Positions 11,230-20,532 of a stretch of DNA of 64,000 nt are shown piece after piece. The stretch covers positions 1,497 to 65,496 of the forward strand of contig CAZFTP010000008.1 in assembly GCA_964521915.1 (NCBI GenBank), given 5' to 3'. Under the pieces are notes generated by a model. That model did no database searches. It was not told where the DNA came from and saw only the letters and a list, made by a program, of their open reading frames with translations. The translations under genes and the position numbers were made by a program. Numbering within the stretch: position 1 is the stretch's first letter; the number at the start of each line of letters is the position of its first letter. The stretch comes from an uncultured Candidatus Marinamargulisbacteria bacterium. Its GTDB lineage: Bacteria; Margulisbacteria; Marinamargulisbacteria; CAZFTP01.

Positions 11230-11748
11230 TTATTCCGTTAATGTGAATCTAACAATAGTTTCATACTTACCAGCAACTTGATCTCGCGGTAAATCTAACT
11301 TAAATTTAAAAACATTAGTAGTTCCGTTAGGTAAATTTATGCCTTCATCAGTAGTAGACTCATAAACAGTAAAAGGGACTAAACTCATTGGTGTTTCACC
11401 AGTTGCATACCATTTCCCTTGCCCTTCAGACCAGCCGTACCAGCTAAAATATTTATTATCGATATATTTATCACCAAAACGTAATTCAGAAATAGCATTC
11501 ATTAATAAATACCATCTATTACCGGTATTCGTTTTGGCTTTTACTTTAATACCAGTTGCCGGAATATCGGTTTTAGTTTCACCTGGTCGCATCTCGCCGA
11601 AATCAATATCCGGACGATCTAACGAAATTTCAAATACGGATGCCACTTCAACCCTAGCATTTACTATAGCGGTATCTACATTAACCGCATAAGTAAACCC
11701 TGCCATAAAAAAACTAATTAAACTTAAAACCACTATTTTTTTTATCAT
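11230..11748 (-). CDS. Secreted pilin-like subunit (SCPU/Csu-type), paralog 2
   Basis: 172 aa with a signal peptide. It has an N-terminal 'SLDRPDIDFGEMRPGE' (DFG-x-x-PG) segment and the C-terminus AGKYETIVRFTLTE. Confidence 0.45.
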   Translation of the reverse strand: MIKKIVVLSLISFFMAGFTYAVNVDTAIVNARVEVASVFEISLDRPDIDFGEMRPGETKTDIPATGIKVKAKTNTGNRWYLLMNAISELRFGDKYIDNKYFSWYGWSEGQGKWYATGETPMSLVPFTVYESTTDEGINLPNGTTNVFKFKLDLPRDQVAGKYETIVRFTLTE

Positions 11749-11761
11749 ATTTCCTCCTTTG

Positions 11762-12340
11762 CTACTCAGTCATGGTAAACACAACCGTAGTGTTATATTT
11801 TCCCGGTTTTGATTTTGCAGGTACCGGACCAAACAAATACTTAATCTGAAAAGTATAATAACCATTTTTACTGGCATAAGAACTTTTTTGCGAAGAATAG
11901 ACCTCCGAACTAGTTAAAGCAATAGGACTAAAATCTGAAAAGTTATAATTCAATTTAGAACCATTTACTTCTGCATAAACACACATCCATTGCATAGTAG
12001 AACTAGGCATAGTAGAGACTTGATCCTCATGGGTAAAATCCATAGTTGTTTGGGTTAATAAGTTCCAATCTGAACCAGAATTCGTTTTGCATTCTATTTT
12101 TAAACCGTCTTTATCAGGAATATCGCCCCAATTACCCATACCTGGTTCAACTAAACCAAAATTAAGATCTTGTGCTTCAACAGTCATAGTAAAAACAGAT
12201 TTCACTTTAAGCTGTAGTTTTAAGGTTCCGATATCACTTAAAGCCAAACAATGATTAGCCGTAAAAAAAAGTAATATATTTACCGCTAAAATAATTAAAA
12301 TATTCACATGTAATTTTTGCTTTTTCATAAAATTCAACAT
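11762..12340 (-). CDS. Secreted pilin-like subunit (SCPU/Csu-type), paralog 1
   Basis: 192 aa. The signal peptide probably starts at the internal MKKQKL. It has an N-terminal 'AQDLNFGLVEPG' segment and the C-terminus PGKYNTTVVFTMTE. Confidence 0.45.
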   Translation of the reverse strand: MLNFMKKQKLHVNILIILAVNILLFFTANHCLALSDIGTLKLQLKVKSVFTMTVEAQDLNFGLVEPGMGNWGDIPDKDGLKIECKTNSGSDWNLLTQTTMDFTHEDQVSTMPSSTMQWMCVYAEVNGSKLNYNFSDFSPIALTSSEVYSSQKSSYASKNGYYTFQIKYLFGPVPAKSKPGKYNTTVVFTMTE

Positions 12341-12343
12341 TTT

Positions 12344-13354
12344 TTAATACATTTTTCTAAATTTAATGTGCTCGATTTTTAAATCCATTTTACCAACCGC
12401 TTTACCGCTACCAGATAAACAAACTATTTGCATTGTTAATAAGCCTCCTGACCCTTTTTTATGATCCGGATTCCAAATATTATCGCCAACTTCTGGGTTT
12501 TCATCTAGAAAATCTGATAAAGGAATTTCAACTAGTTTCCAACCAGTCCAATCAACATTTAAACTATAAGAAAATTTATCATCTTTAGTAGGGTCCCAAC
12601 TTTTTACTGGGTTAACATCTACAACCCAATTATTATTATCATCATCATAAAGTTCTATCTTTAATACACCGCTACCAGATCCATTCCCATAAACCATTAA
12701 TTCCAAAGTATCGTAATTAGTTATTTCTTTACCTAAATAAGTTCCAAATCCGCCAATATACCAATTAATAGTTGACCCTTCTACCAATAAAGATTTATTT
12801 CCTAATTTGTAGGTAGTAATATCTTTAGGGTCATTATCTACCACAGTTAAATTTATACGGTCAAATTTCCAAAATTCAGGATCTTTAGTATAAGTACCAC
12901 TCTTAAAATCAGCTATTAATAACTCATCGGTATTATTTACTTTTTTTTCCTCAATTGCTGGTGAGGATGTATTATTAACAGGTTTTATAGGCTCTGATAC
13001 CGCTGGTTCAACAGATTTCATTGGTTCTGGCGCTGTATTCACCGGTGGAGTAGCAGAAATAATTTCTAATGGTTTATTATTTAAATTATTATTATTACTA
13101 ACTGTGATATTTTCTGTCTTTACCAGATCACCGTTACTGGTAGGTAATAATATTTGTTTTAAGGATTCTTGTTCTTGCGCTGAATAAACAGGATCTGTTA
13201 TTTCAACAGAAACAGCCGGAAGAGGTTTATAAGTCCTTTTAATATTAGTTCTTTTTGTTTTTTTTCTCTTAGTAGCCGCATTAATATCATTAAAATCAGT
13301 TACTAATAAAAAAGACATTAATAATACTAAAGCCCAAATAAAAAATTTTTTCAT
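12344..13354 (-). CDS. Large secreted protein with a C-terminal beta-sandwich (carbohydrate-binding-module-like) domain. It is a candidate tip adhesin of the pilus locus.
   Basis: The start is placed at the internal ATG (MKKFFIWALVLL..., a signal peptide), which is preceded by a GGAGGA Shine-Dalgarno 7-8 nt upstream. The ORF-track start at 13402 lacks both an RBS and a signal peptide. It has a Pro/Thr/Asn-rich linker followed by a C-terminal G/W/D-rich beta-sandwich-like domain. Confidence 0.45.
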   Translation of the reverse strand: MKKFFIWALVLLMSFLLVTDFNDINAATKRKKTKRTNIKRTYKPLPAVSVEITDPVYSAQEQESLKQILLPTSNGDLVKTENITVSNNNNLNNKPLEIISATPPVNTAPEPMKSVEPAVSEPIKPVNNTSSPAIEEKKVNNTDELLIADFKSGTYTKDPEFWKFDRINLTVVDNDPKDITTYKLGNKSLLVEGSTINWYIGGFGTYLGKEITNYDTLELMVYGNGSGSGVLKIELYDDDNNNWVVDVNPVKSWDPTKDDKFSYSLNVDWTGWKLVEIPLSDFLDENPEVGDNIWNPDHKKGSGGLLTMQIVCLSGSGKAVGKMDLKIEHIKFRKMY

Positions 13355-13482
13355 TAATTTTCCTCCTGATTTTTTGGTCGCATTATGGGATACTTCCCCC
13401 ATCTAATTTTACAATCAGCTATTTTTTCTTTTTAGTTATCGGTAATAATAAGATCAAATTGCAGAATAAGTGTATTATTTCA

Positions 13483-13511
13483 GTAGAGAGAGTTTTAAAC
13501 CCTCTTTCTAC
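13483..13511. terminator. Perfect-stem hairpin (GTAGAGAGAGTTTTAAACCCTCTTTCTAC) immediately downstream of the lnt stop
   Basis: An inverted repeat is visible in the sequence. It has the same architecture as the hairpin at 54340-54368. Confidence 0.45.
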
Positions 13512-13524
13512 TACAACGATTTTT

Positions 13525-14931
13525 CTATTTTCTACCTATGCGATTATGTACAACAGATTCTATCTTTTGCGGTTTTATTAAGGATCTAATCAAAAAAATT
13601 AAAGATATTAAAATAATAGCAAAATAAACCAAGCTATCACCTAAATAATAATATAAGGTTTTTTGAGGAATAATTTTGATGGAATCACTGAGAATTTCTG
13701 TTTGCTCAATATTACTTTTTTTGATAATTTTTCCTGTATTAGTAATAATGGCAGAAATACCGGTATTGGCAGATTGAACAAAATAGCGATTATTTTCAAC
13801 AGCTCTGAAAATAGACATCTGTAAATGTAAAAAAGCCGCAGAAGAATCAAAAAACCAAGCATCATTAGCTAGAACAAATAATAAATTTGCTCCTTTTTTA
13901 GTTAATTCCCGATAATGCCAAGGATAAATAGATTCTAAACAAACACCTCCTCCTAATTTAATTTCCCCCATTTTGATCAAATCTTTGCTGTTGTAACCGG
14001 TATAATCTGCACCCAGAAAATTTAATTTAAAAAAGCTTTCCCAAATACCCCGAAACGGCGTATATTCACCAAATGGCATTAATTGATTTTTATAATATTT
14101 ATCTTCACTAATACCTTGAGCAGTTGCTAATACAACACTGTTATAAAAATAATTATTTTTTAAAATAGGAGTGCCAAAAATAATATTTACTTTATTAGAA
14201 AAACAAAAATCTTTTGTTTTTGCTATAAAATCTGGGTAAGCTAAATTAAGCGTACTCGTAATAGTCTCTGGCCAAAAAATTAAGGTGGGCTTTGCTTCTA
14301 AAGCAATACTAGTTAAACGGAAATAATCATCTCTAATAGCAAAAATATTTTTCATTTCTTTTTTTTCATCTTCGGTATGGTTGCCTTGTATAACAGCTAT
14401 TTTCAATGTCTCATTATTAATTTGATTATTAAAAGATGAAAAACGGAATGAACCCCATATAAACGGTATAATAATAACCAACAATAAAACAATAATAATT
14501 TGTTTTTTTGTTTTTTTAATTAACAACCAATAAATTAAAACATTAATTAATACTATATAAAAAGAAATTCCGAATACTCCAAAAACAGAAGCTAATTGAA
14601 TTAAAGGTAAGTTACCAGACTGTGAATAACCAAGACTACCACCAGGGTTACCTATTGGGCCTAACGAACGTAACCATTCAAAAATTATCCATAAAAAAGG
14701 GAATGTCCATTCATAGTAAGCTAAATTTCGCAGTTTATTAAATAACCAAAATAATAAGCCGTAAAAAAAACCTAAATATAAAGAATAAAAAAACCAAACT
14801 AGAAAAACACTAATTAATGGAGCAAAATGACTTAACCTAAACATTGAAAGATGAAAAAAACCTTGAAAAATAAATCCAAATAGCCACCCTTTTTTAAAGG
14901 AATCTTTACCTTTGTTCTTTTTAAAATCCAA
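13525..14931 (-). CDS. lnt: Apolipoprotein N-acyltransferase
   Basis: 468 aa. It has an N-terminal polytopic TM domain and a C-terminal CN-hydrolase domain with the catalytic Cys context GGGVCLESIYPW and a WPE motif. Confidence 0.8.
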   Translation of the reverse strand: MDFKKNKGKDSFKKGWLFGFIFQGFFHLSMFRLSHFAPLISVFLVWFFYSLYLGFFYGLLFWLFNKLRNLAYYEWTFPFLWIIFEWLRSLGPIGNPGGSLGYSQSGNLPLIQLASVFGVFGISFYIVLINVLIYWLLIKKTKKQIIIVLLLVIIIPFIWGSFRFSSFNNQINNETLKIAVIQGNHTEDEKKEMKNIFAIRDDYFRLTSIALEAKPTLIFWPETITSTLNLAYPDFIAKTKDFCFSNKVNIIFGTPILKNNYFYNSVVLATAQGISEDKYYKNQLMPFGEYTPFRGIWESFFKLNFLGADYTGYNSKDLIKMGEIKLGGGVCLESIYPWHYRELTKKGANLLFVLANDAWFFDSSAAFLHLQMSIFRAVENNRYFVQSANTGISAIITNTGKIIKKSNIEQTEILSDSIKIIPQKTLYYYLGDSLVYFAIILISLIFLIRSLIKPQKIESVVHNRIGRK

Positions 14932-15017
14932 TAAAACAGGTATTAAAGAAATAAAAGCTAAAAAAGACCAACCTAATTTTGGAAAAATAGCTGATGTTAA
15001 AATTGCAGAAATAAAAA

Positions 15018-15707
15018 CTAAAATATTTTAACCTCCCAACTTAAAATATCTGCTGATTCTGGAATATCTTTTTCAAAAGCATCATCGCCTTTTTTAATAG
15101 TAATGGCTTCTAATTTAATATAGGGATAATCTGCTAAATTATCCAATAATAAATTCATTTTATTATCATCTTTTGAGCAAGTTGCAAAAGAGAAATACAT
15201 ATAATTTCCCATTTTCGAAAGCATATATAAAGGAAAAGTTATATTAATGGTATTACCCGTAGAAGCATCAGTAGGGTTAAAATTAATATTAGATGTATAA
15301 TCATAATGAGTTGTTTCATTAGTATTCTTATCAAAAATATCTCCAGAATTATATAAAGCAAACCCGGTATTAGATAAAATTACATAATCTGACCAAGTAT
15401 AAAAATAATTCTTATAAAAATAATTAATCCCTTCTTGAGGGGCTACTTGCAATAATTTCTCAGCAGAATAAATTTGCCCCGGAGTAACAAAATACTTAAA
15501 TAAATCCGGGAATAAAATCATATTATAATTTGAAAAAACTAAAAGATAATAATAATTATTAGCATCAATATTACCTTTGAATTGAATTTTAATATTAACG
15601 TTTTCGCCAGGAATAACTTTACTAGTTATTGTGCTTGCACAACCGGAAACAAAAAAAACTATTAAACTAAAAACCAGAATCTTTAAACCGATCTTGTGAT
15701 TTATCAT
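15018..15707 (-). CDS. Lipoprotein of unknown function. Its position makes it a candidate LptE-like partner of LptD.
   Basis: 229 aa. It has a signal peptide with a lipobox (FFVSGC). It overlaps the lptD stop by 41 nt and is followed by lnt. Confidence 0.4.
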   Translation of the reverse strand: MINHKIGLKILVFSLIVFFVSGCASTITSKVIPGENVNIKIQFKGNIDANNYYYLLVFSNYNMILFPDLFKYFVTPGQIYSAEKLLQVAPQEGINYFYKNYFYTWSDYVILSNTGFALYNSGDIFDKNTNETTHYDYTSNINFNPTDASTGNTINITFPLYMLSKMGNYMYFSFATCSKDDNKMNLLLDNLADYPYIKLEAITIKKGDDAFEKDIPESADILSWEVKIF

Positions 15708-18066
15708 TTATTAATCCTTCAAATTTAAAACTTTCGTATTTATTGGTTTTAATTGTTGCCGCTTCTTCTGGGAAGGCCTTTATCGTATATTTAAATCTAT
15801 ATTCTTCCAGAGGCGCATTATATTCTAAAGCGATAGTTTGACAATGTAAATCTTTTATTACGGCTAAAGTTTGTAATCTAATACCTTTAGTATTAAAATT
15901 ATAACTCCAAGTAGCATCAAAATCCCACCTGGATTCCCAAGTTTTACCGTAAAAAAATTTAAACCCTTGCTCAAAACGAACTAACTCTGCTTTATCTAAA
16001 TCTTGTACTAAAGTTGTTCTGATATTACTAAAATTCAAATCCTGGTTTTTATAAATTAACGGTATTAGAACAAACATCACACTTAGATCATCCCAAATAT
16101 CATTTTGAGTAATCCGATTTTCAAAATGATACCCAGTTTGAATTTTCAAATGTAGATTATCAGTTGGTTTAATATTAATCTCCGTGGTGTAGTTTACAGC
16201 TTTAGTTTTTAGAAAATCCCAACCCAACTTATTTTGCCAATTATATTTATCTAAACGTTCCCAATAAAAAGTTAAATTATTAATTGCTTGTGAAAGACCA
16301 TATCTTTTTTCATCAAAATAAAAAGGCGTATTACCCAATGAGCTTTCGTTATTATAAGAAATCGTATCTCTAATAAAACTAAATAATTGCATATGATAAG
16401 AATAATTTTGCACAAAAGCAAAAAGTTTATCACCAGTATCATAAGCACGTTGAGAAAAATTAAATCGGATCCCAATATTCGAAGAAACTTCACTTAATTC
16501 TAAATGTTTGATCATTGTAGAAAGGGTTGTATCAAATTGTAGCTTTTGGGCCGTTTTAGAATAAACACCTTCAGCAGAAGAAAGATAATAATTTTCTAAA
16601 TACTTACCAAATTGTAATTGGTTATCTAAAGCAATATTTCCAAATAGATTAACTCTTCTAAAACCAAGGCTAATTTCCGGCATTTTCTCTACATAAGAAA
16701 CATTCATATCTCTAGTAACAGCATCCCCATCAAGATCTAAAAAATAGTTTAAATCTAATTTAAGATTATTAAGATAATCACTAAATAAGTCTTCTTTATC
16801 AAAGGTTTTGACTAAAGTACCCGATAATTGTAGCTGTTGTTCTATTTCTTTATCTGTAATATATTTATTGGCGTTATATTGAAATTTATCAGAAAAAACT
16901 ATTTTATTCGGCAAATTAATTTCTTGCTGTAAAACACCCGCTACAACCTTGCTGGCCATACCATATTGAGTTTGAGAAAAATTTACTAATAAGTCTTTAT
17001 TACTATTATAAGTTTTTTCAAATTGAAAATTATTAACTCTGGTACTTTGAATTCTATTTCTAGTTTCATTTAAACGTAAAAAATAACGATCGCCTAAATC
17101 ATTATATTCAGTAATAAATTCTTCAGTCGTAAAATCAGTTCTACCTCCATTTATTAAATAACCTTTAGCTTCTTCAAAAAGAGGTTTAATTTTTAAAGCC
17201 GGATTTATTTGAAAAGTAGGGTCTACTTTAAAACGATAGTTCTGTATTGCGGTATCTCTTTCTTTCATTGCGTACAATAAAAAAGAACCAGTCATAAAAT
17301 GATTAAAATCATAATTATGTTTAAACCCTAACCCAACTCCTTTTTTATAAGTCCAATCTAAATATACTTCCCCAGTTTGATCTTTAGTTAATAAATAATC
17401 CCAAGTAGTTTTAACAAAATACCCTTCAACGTTGTTTTCTCCAATTTGAGGTACAAGTAAGATAGGATTCCTTTTACCTAAAGCAAAATGATAATATGGT
17501 AACCACAAATGCCCGCCAATTGGGAAAAATATAGGCGAATAAATATACACATTTTCTGCCCAAATTCCGCTATCAGGATAATAATTAAAACGATCCGCTT
17601 TAACATAATAATGCGGATTTTCATAATCACAGGTAGTTAAAGTTGCATTTTCCCCACATTTTTCTTCACCTTTATCTTCTAATTCTGCTACTTTTAAATA
17701 AATATTGCCAGTAGTTACTTCTTTAGGTTTAATAACTAAATTAATCTGTTTAATAATAACTGTAGTGTTTTCTAAATCTAAAAAAAAACTTTGCGATTTT
17801 ATGGAACTTTCACCGCGAATAAGGGTAATATTTCCTGTACCCCATACCACATTTTGATCAATATCAAATTTTAAATAAGGAGCTTTTATTTCAACGTCTT
17901 TAAATTTCAATCTCACATTTTCTGAAGCAATAACTAAACGGTTATCTTCATTATAACTAACTTTTTCTGCCTGTAAATAAGCTAAATCTTCTCCGTAAAG
18001 AGGAATAATAAAAAAAAAGAAGAAGATCAAACAAAAATAAAAAAAATTAAAATGTGCCTTCATCAT
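15667..18066 (-). CDS. lptD: LPS-assembly protein LptD (OstA/Imp)
   Basis: 799 aa with a signal peptide and an N-terminal OstA-like domain. The LptD signature region TTCDYENPHYY...SPIFFPIGGHLWLPYYHFALGKR matches the consensus TTC..P.W.....PvfY.Py...P....R.SGfL.P. The C-terminal barrel is Y/N-rich. Confidence 0.8.
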   Translation of the reverse strand: MMKAHFNFFYFCLIFFFFFIIPLYGEDLAYLQAEKVSYNEDNRLVIASENVRLKFKDVEIKAPYLKFDIDQNVVWGTGNITLIRGESSIKSQSFFLDLENTTVIIKQINLVIKPKEVTTGNIYLKVAELEDKGEEKCGENATLTTCDYENPHYYVKADRFNYYPDSGIWAENVYIYSPIFFPIGGHLWLPYYHFALGKRNPILLVPQIGENNVEGYFVKTTWDYLLTKDQTGEVYLDWTYKKGVGLGFKHNYDFNHFMTGSFLLYAMKERDTAIQNYRFKVDPTFQINPALKIKPLFEEAKGYLINGGRTDFTTEEFITEYNDLGDRYFLRLNETRNRIQSTRVNNFQFEKTYNSNKDLLVNFSQTQYGMASKVVAGVLQQEINLPNKIVFSDKFQYNANKYITDKEIEQQLQLSGTLVKTFDKEDLFSDYLNNLKLDLNYFLDLDGDAVTRDMNVSYVEKMPEISLGFRRVNLFGNIALDNQLQFGKYLENYYLSSAEGVYSKTAQKLQFDTTLSTMIKHLELSEVSSNIGIRFNFSQRAYDTGDKLFAFVQNYSYHMQLFSFIRDTISYNNESSLGNTPFYFDEKRYGLSQAINNLTFYWERLDKYNWQNKLGWDFLKTKAVNYTTEINIKPTDNLHLKIQTGYHFENRITQNDIWDDLSVMFVLIPLIYKNQDLNFSNIRTTLVQDLDKAELVRFEQGFKFFYGKTWESRWDFDATWSYNFNTKGIRLQTLAVIKDLHCQTIALEYNAPLEEYRFKYTIKAFPEEAATIKTNKYESFKFEGLINDKSQDRFKDSGF

Positions 18067-20522
18067 TTGTTGGTTATCTTATACGCGTTTTCTTTAATTT
18101 GGTTAATTAAATCAATGCTAATATTGTTTAACCAACAATTTTGGTCAAAATTGATATTTTTTAAATAACAAACTCGCCTATCAACAAAAATTTGTAATTT
18201 AGGATTTTTCCCTGCTATTTGCCAACAAGTAAAAGCCTTAAGAATTTTACCTAGTTTAAAATAAATATCCCCTAAACTTAAATAAACAAAAGGATTATTA
18301 GGGTCAGCTTTAATTACCTGACAATACTTATTAATAGCTTTTGCGTCGTCTTGTTTCTTTTGGAAAAAATTAGCTTGCAAAAGAAGGACGTCTAAACTTG
18401 CTATTTTAAAACTATTTAACTTATCTAAATATTTACCTGCATTTTCTAAATCGTTTTTATACAAATATAAATAAGTTAGATAATAATAAGTTTTATAATT
18501 TTTGGCATTCATTTTCAAAGATTGTAATAATAAATCTTCTGCCATAGCTAAATTTTGAGTTAACAATGCATCTATAGCTAAAACTTGTTTTTTTTCTGCC
18601 GGCGTTAAATATAATGATTTATTGGCTCCGTTGGGCTTCTCTTGCCTATTTTCTAAAACAATAAGAATATTTTCCCCTTGAATATTGCTAAAAATAACTA
18701 TGTCCTTTGCCAAATTAAAATTATTAGTTTTATAAAACGCTAATAATTCATTTACTTGAGGAAATTTTAAATCAAATTCCAATATTTTTTCAAAAACTTT
18801 TATTGCTTTTATAAATCTGCCCATCAATACATAATTTAAACCTAAAAAATATCTCATTTTATTTGCTAACGGGATATTTTTGTCCTCAATTTGAATAATT
18901 ATCCTTCTAAGATAATTAATACTTAAATCATACCGCGATAATTCCATGAAACATCTTGCCAAAAAAATTTGAGCGGTTAAATCTTCTGGTTTTTCTGCTA
19001 TTATTTGCTGCAAATACTGAATAGCCATATTCAATTCACCTTGATGTAAGGCTAATAAACCAATATCAAAAAGATCATTTAATCTCTTTGTTTTATTTTT
19101 TCCCTTTTCATATTCAAAAATTTTATTCTCAATTTTATTTTTAAGAACTACATTCTTCACTTCTCTTAATTTTTGATGCAAAAAATTGTTAGTCGGGTAA
19201 ACTAATAAACGATCATGAAGAAAAACTATCAATTCTTCATATTTTTGTTTTTCTTCTAAAATTAATATTTTTAGTAAAATAGCTTTAAAACTAATAAGCG
19301 TATTTCGCTGAATAATTTTATCTAATTGAGGTATAAGATTAGTATCATTTTTTCTAATTCTACGAATTTTTAACAATAAAAATTGGCAATACTCTTTTTC
19401 TTGATTAAGTTCATTAATTTTTTTAATTTTATTTTCAATTACATCTAATTCTAAATGATCTAAATCTATGGCAGGCTCCAATACTGATAATGATAATAAA
19501 TATTCTTGTTCTTTATAATAAATTTCTGCTAAAAGCAATAAAGCATATATTTGCTGAGGATTTTTAGAAATAATTTGTTTTAATCTTGCTATTAATATTT
19601 GCGGATCTATGGCTAATCGTTCAAAAATAATTTGTAAATAATAAATACTTTCAGTAAATTCATTGCTGGAAATTAATAAATCACTTAACCCTAATAACAG
19701 TTCCGGTAAATCCGGATACAATAATAACCCATCTTTATAAATCTTAATGATTTCGGAAATATCTGTAGCCTGAGAATTTAAAAGCATTTCTAAATGTTTA
19801 ATCGCTTTATTAGGTTCACAAATGTTAAATAACAATTTTATTACTTTTTTTCGACAAACATAATTTTGAGGTATTTTATCAATAATTTCTTCACATTTAT
19901 TGACCACCGAATTTTTAGAATCAGGTGCCATTTTAAAAATTTGTTCATAAACAGCAAACGCTTTTTCAAATTCTTGATTTTTAACGAATATTTCGGCTAA
20001 ATTATAATAATTTTGCGTATTTAAGGGTTCTTGTTCAATTAATAACTCTAATAATGTAATATTATTCTCAAAATTATTATGTTCTAAATAATATTCCTGT
20101 AATATATTTAAAATTATTGTGTCATATATTTTATTTTGAAAAAGATTATTACAAAGATTAACTATTTGGAATTGGCTATAACCCAAATGATAAATTTTTT
20201 GTAACATTACATAAGCAGGAGAAAACTCTTTGTCTAATAAAAGAATCTCTTCTAATTCATTTAAAGCATTGGCATAATCTTCTAAAAAATAAGAATATTC
20301 TGCAATCAAAAATTTTACTGCAATATTATCTATATTGATTAAAAGTTTTTTATACAAAAAAATTAAAATTTCCGTTTTATCACAGTTATTATGATCAGTT
20401 ATTAATTTCAAGCAGGCTAAGGCTTCTTGATAATTACTTTTAATTAATAAATTATTAATTATCTTTAAATTTATTTTTATATCCTGATTTTCTGAAATGG
20501 ATAACCCGATAAATTTAGTCAA
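18063..20522 (-). CDS. Large tetratricopeptide (TPR) repeat protein
   Basis: 819 aa. It has repeated 34-aa helical TPR-like units (A/Y/L periodicity, e.g. ...LAEIYYKEQEY..., ...LGDIYFKLGK...). It is 4-nt coupled to lptD. Confidence 0.6.
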   Translation of the reverse strand: MTKFIGLSISENQDIKINLKIINNLLIKSNYQEALACLKLITDHNNCDKTEILIFLYKKLLINIDNIAVKFLIAEYSYFLEDYANALNELEEILLLDKEFSPAYVMLQKIYHLGYSQFQIVNLCNNLFQNKIYDTIILNILQEYYLEHNNFENNITLLELLIEQEPLNTQNYYNLAEIFVKNQEFEKAFAVYEQIFKMAPDSKNSVVNKCEEIIDKIPQNYVCRKKVIKLLFNICEPNKAIKHLEMLLNSQATDISEIIKIYKDGLLLYPDLPELLLGLSDLLISSNEFTESIYYLQIIFERLAIDPQILIARLKQIISKNPQQIYALLLLAEIYYKEQEYLLSLSVLEPAIDLDHLELDVIENKIKKINELNQEKEYCQFLLLKIRRIRKNDTNLIPQLDKIIQRNTLISFKAILLKILILEEKQKYEELIVFLHDRLLVYPTNNFLHQKLREVKNVVLKNKIENKIFEYEKGKNKTKRLNDLFDIGLLALHQGELNMAIQYLQQIIAEKPEDLTAQIFLARCFMELSRYDLSINYLRRIIIQIEDKNIPLANKMRYFLGLNYVLMGRFIKAIKVFEKILEFDLKFPQVNELLAFYKTNNFNLAKDIVIFSNIQGENILIVLENRQEKPNGANKSLYLTPAEKKQVLAIDALLTQNLAMAEDLLLQSLKMNAKNYKTYYYLTYLYLYKNDLENAGKYLDKLNSFKIASLDVLLLQANFFQKKQDDAKAINKYCQVIKADPNNPFVYLSLGDIYFKLGKILKAFTCWQIAGKNPKLQIFVDRRVCYLKNINFDQNCWLNNISIDLINQIKENAYKITNK

Positions 20523-20532
20523 AATTTTATCC

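Noticed and set aside
13641-13865. 74-aa ORF nested in lnt
   Set aside because: It lies in the same region as the confident lnt frame and is an alternative frame with no support.
16272-16493. 73-aa ORF nested in lptD
   Set aside because: It is an alternative frame inside a confidently assigned gene.
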